Shown: in pieces, positions 63,171 to 64,000 of the stretch
Layout: each line of letters starts with the position of its first letter
Position numbering within the stretch: position 1 is the first letter of the stretch
From: Hydrolagus colliei
Lineage: Eukaryota
Reading direction: 5' to 3'
DNA length: 64,000 nt
Assembly: GCA_035084275.1 (NCBI GenBank)
Contig: CM068748.1
Location: 4,154,001 to 4,218,000 of the forward strand
Translations under genes and position numbers: made by a program
Notes under the pieces: generated by a model
The model's input: the letters and a program-made list of their open reading frames with translations, nothing else
Databases searched by the model: none
Told to the model about the DNA's origin: nothing

Positions 63171-64000
63171 TTAGTCTTAAAATACAAGCTTTAGTATCAA
63201 AATGGCATGAAGAAACATTAATGTAAGGTCTGAGCAGTTTACACACTCGGATGTGCTTATTAAAGACATGTTCAAAACAGAATGCAGCTTAATTCTGAGT
63301 AATGCCACTTCTTAAGCGAAAGATTCCACAAAACATTGATACAAAGCGAAACCTGCAGCATCGGGCGACATGCAGACATTCACAGTCAAGTGTTTTGACA
63401 AATGAGGAACCCCACAGATAAATAATGAGGCACCTCAACTGACCTAATCCACCACACAAAGCCTGAGCAAGCTAAAAGTCACAATCACAGTAACATGGAC
63501 CACGCCTTGCCAGAATGAAAACAAAAGCAGAGAGAAACAGCCACATCGCAAGTATAGCTGTGCAGTCTCATGGAATTGAGGGGCTCCATCCACATTGTGT
63601 AACAGTTGAACAGGTGCTTTGCGCTTATGCGTCACTATCTAAGTGCCAAGAGTCAAAGAAAATATGTTGCAACACATTAGTGAAAAGTGTAGGACGCGCG
63701 GCTTAAAACAGAGCCTTTGCCCATGACTAATTTGATACTTAGTTTGGAATTAAAGGTTGCAAAAAGTGAGGTTTTATTCTTGTGTTTTTTTTACAATAAA
63801 TGAACAAATGGACTCCATACACATTTAATTTATGAACTGAACAATTGAGCGACTTGAAAAATGCAACTCTTCAGACAGTCAAATTTGAGTTGGGCATCAT
63901 TATTTGAGTAATAATGCATTGATCTTTATAATGCTAATTTGATATGAGACATAAGAGAAGTCTTTGCTAGCCTTTTTGCCATATCTTTGGAGAATCAGGA

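Noticed and set aside
1-64000. ORF-track entries as genes
   Set aside because: They are short, Cys/Leu/Phe-rich, often have non-ATG starts, overlap on both strands and show no recognisable domains. Only the LINE-derived ones (9763, 36863/37021, 56281 and neighbours) are interpretable.
1-64000. CRISPR array, operon or prokaryotic defence system
   Set aside because: No regularly spaced repeat-spacer array or gene-dense organisation; the sequence is vertebrate non-coding DNA.

Overview
This is AT-rich, CpG-depleted, non-coding vertebrate DNA, not prokaryotic. I found no intact protein-coding gene. The only ORF-track entries I can recognise are pieces of decayed LINE ORF2 (CR1 and L2 clades). 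The repeat content includes tRNA-headed SINEs with CORE-like and Deu-like domains and (ATT)n tails, L2 and CR1 3' fragments, an LF-SINE-like relic, and a palindromic element with a hammerhead-like core. From my recollection of these families it points to a cartilaginous fish, possibly a chimaera; this is an inference, not a search result. Between repeats lie long motif-dense, CNE-like stretches, including about 12 kb (22.1-34.2 kb) with no recognisable transposon, so the window is probably a large intron or gene desert near a developmental gene that I cannot name. The most striking features seen directly are: (1) a complex 5' junction of an L2 insertion, containing an 82-bp inverted copy (79/82 identical) of sequence about 1.15 kb upstream plus two perfect fold-back palindromes; (2) a perfect 35-bp inverted repeat enclosing a degenerate minimal hammerhead motif; (3) tRNA-CORE-Deu chimeric SINEs, including a head-to-tail dimer. 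I do not see evidence for a new multi-gene system.
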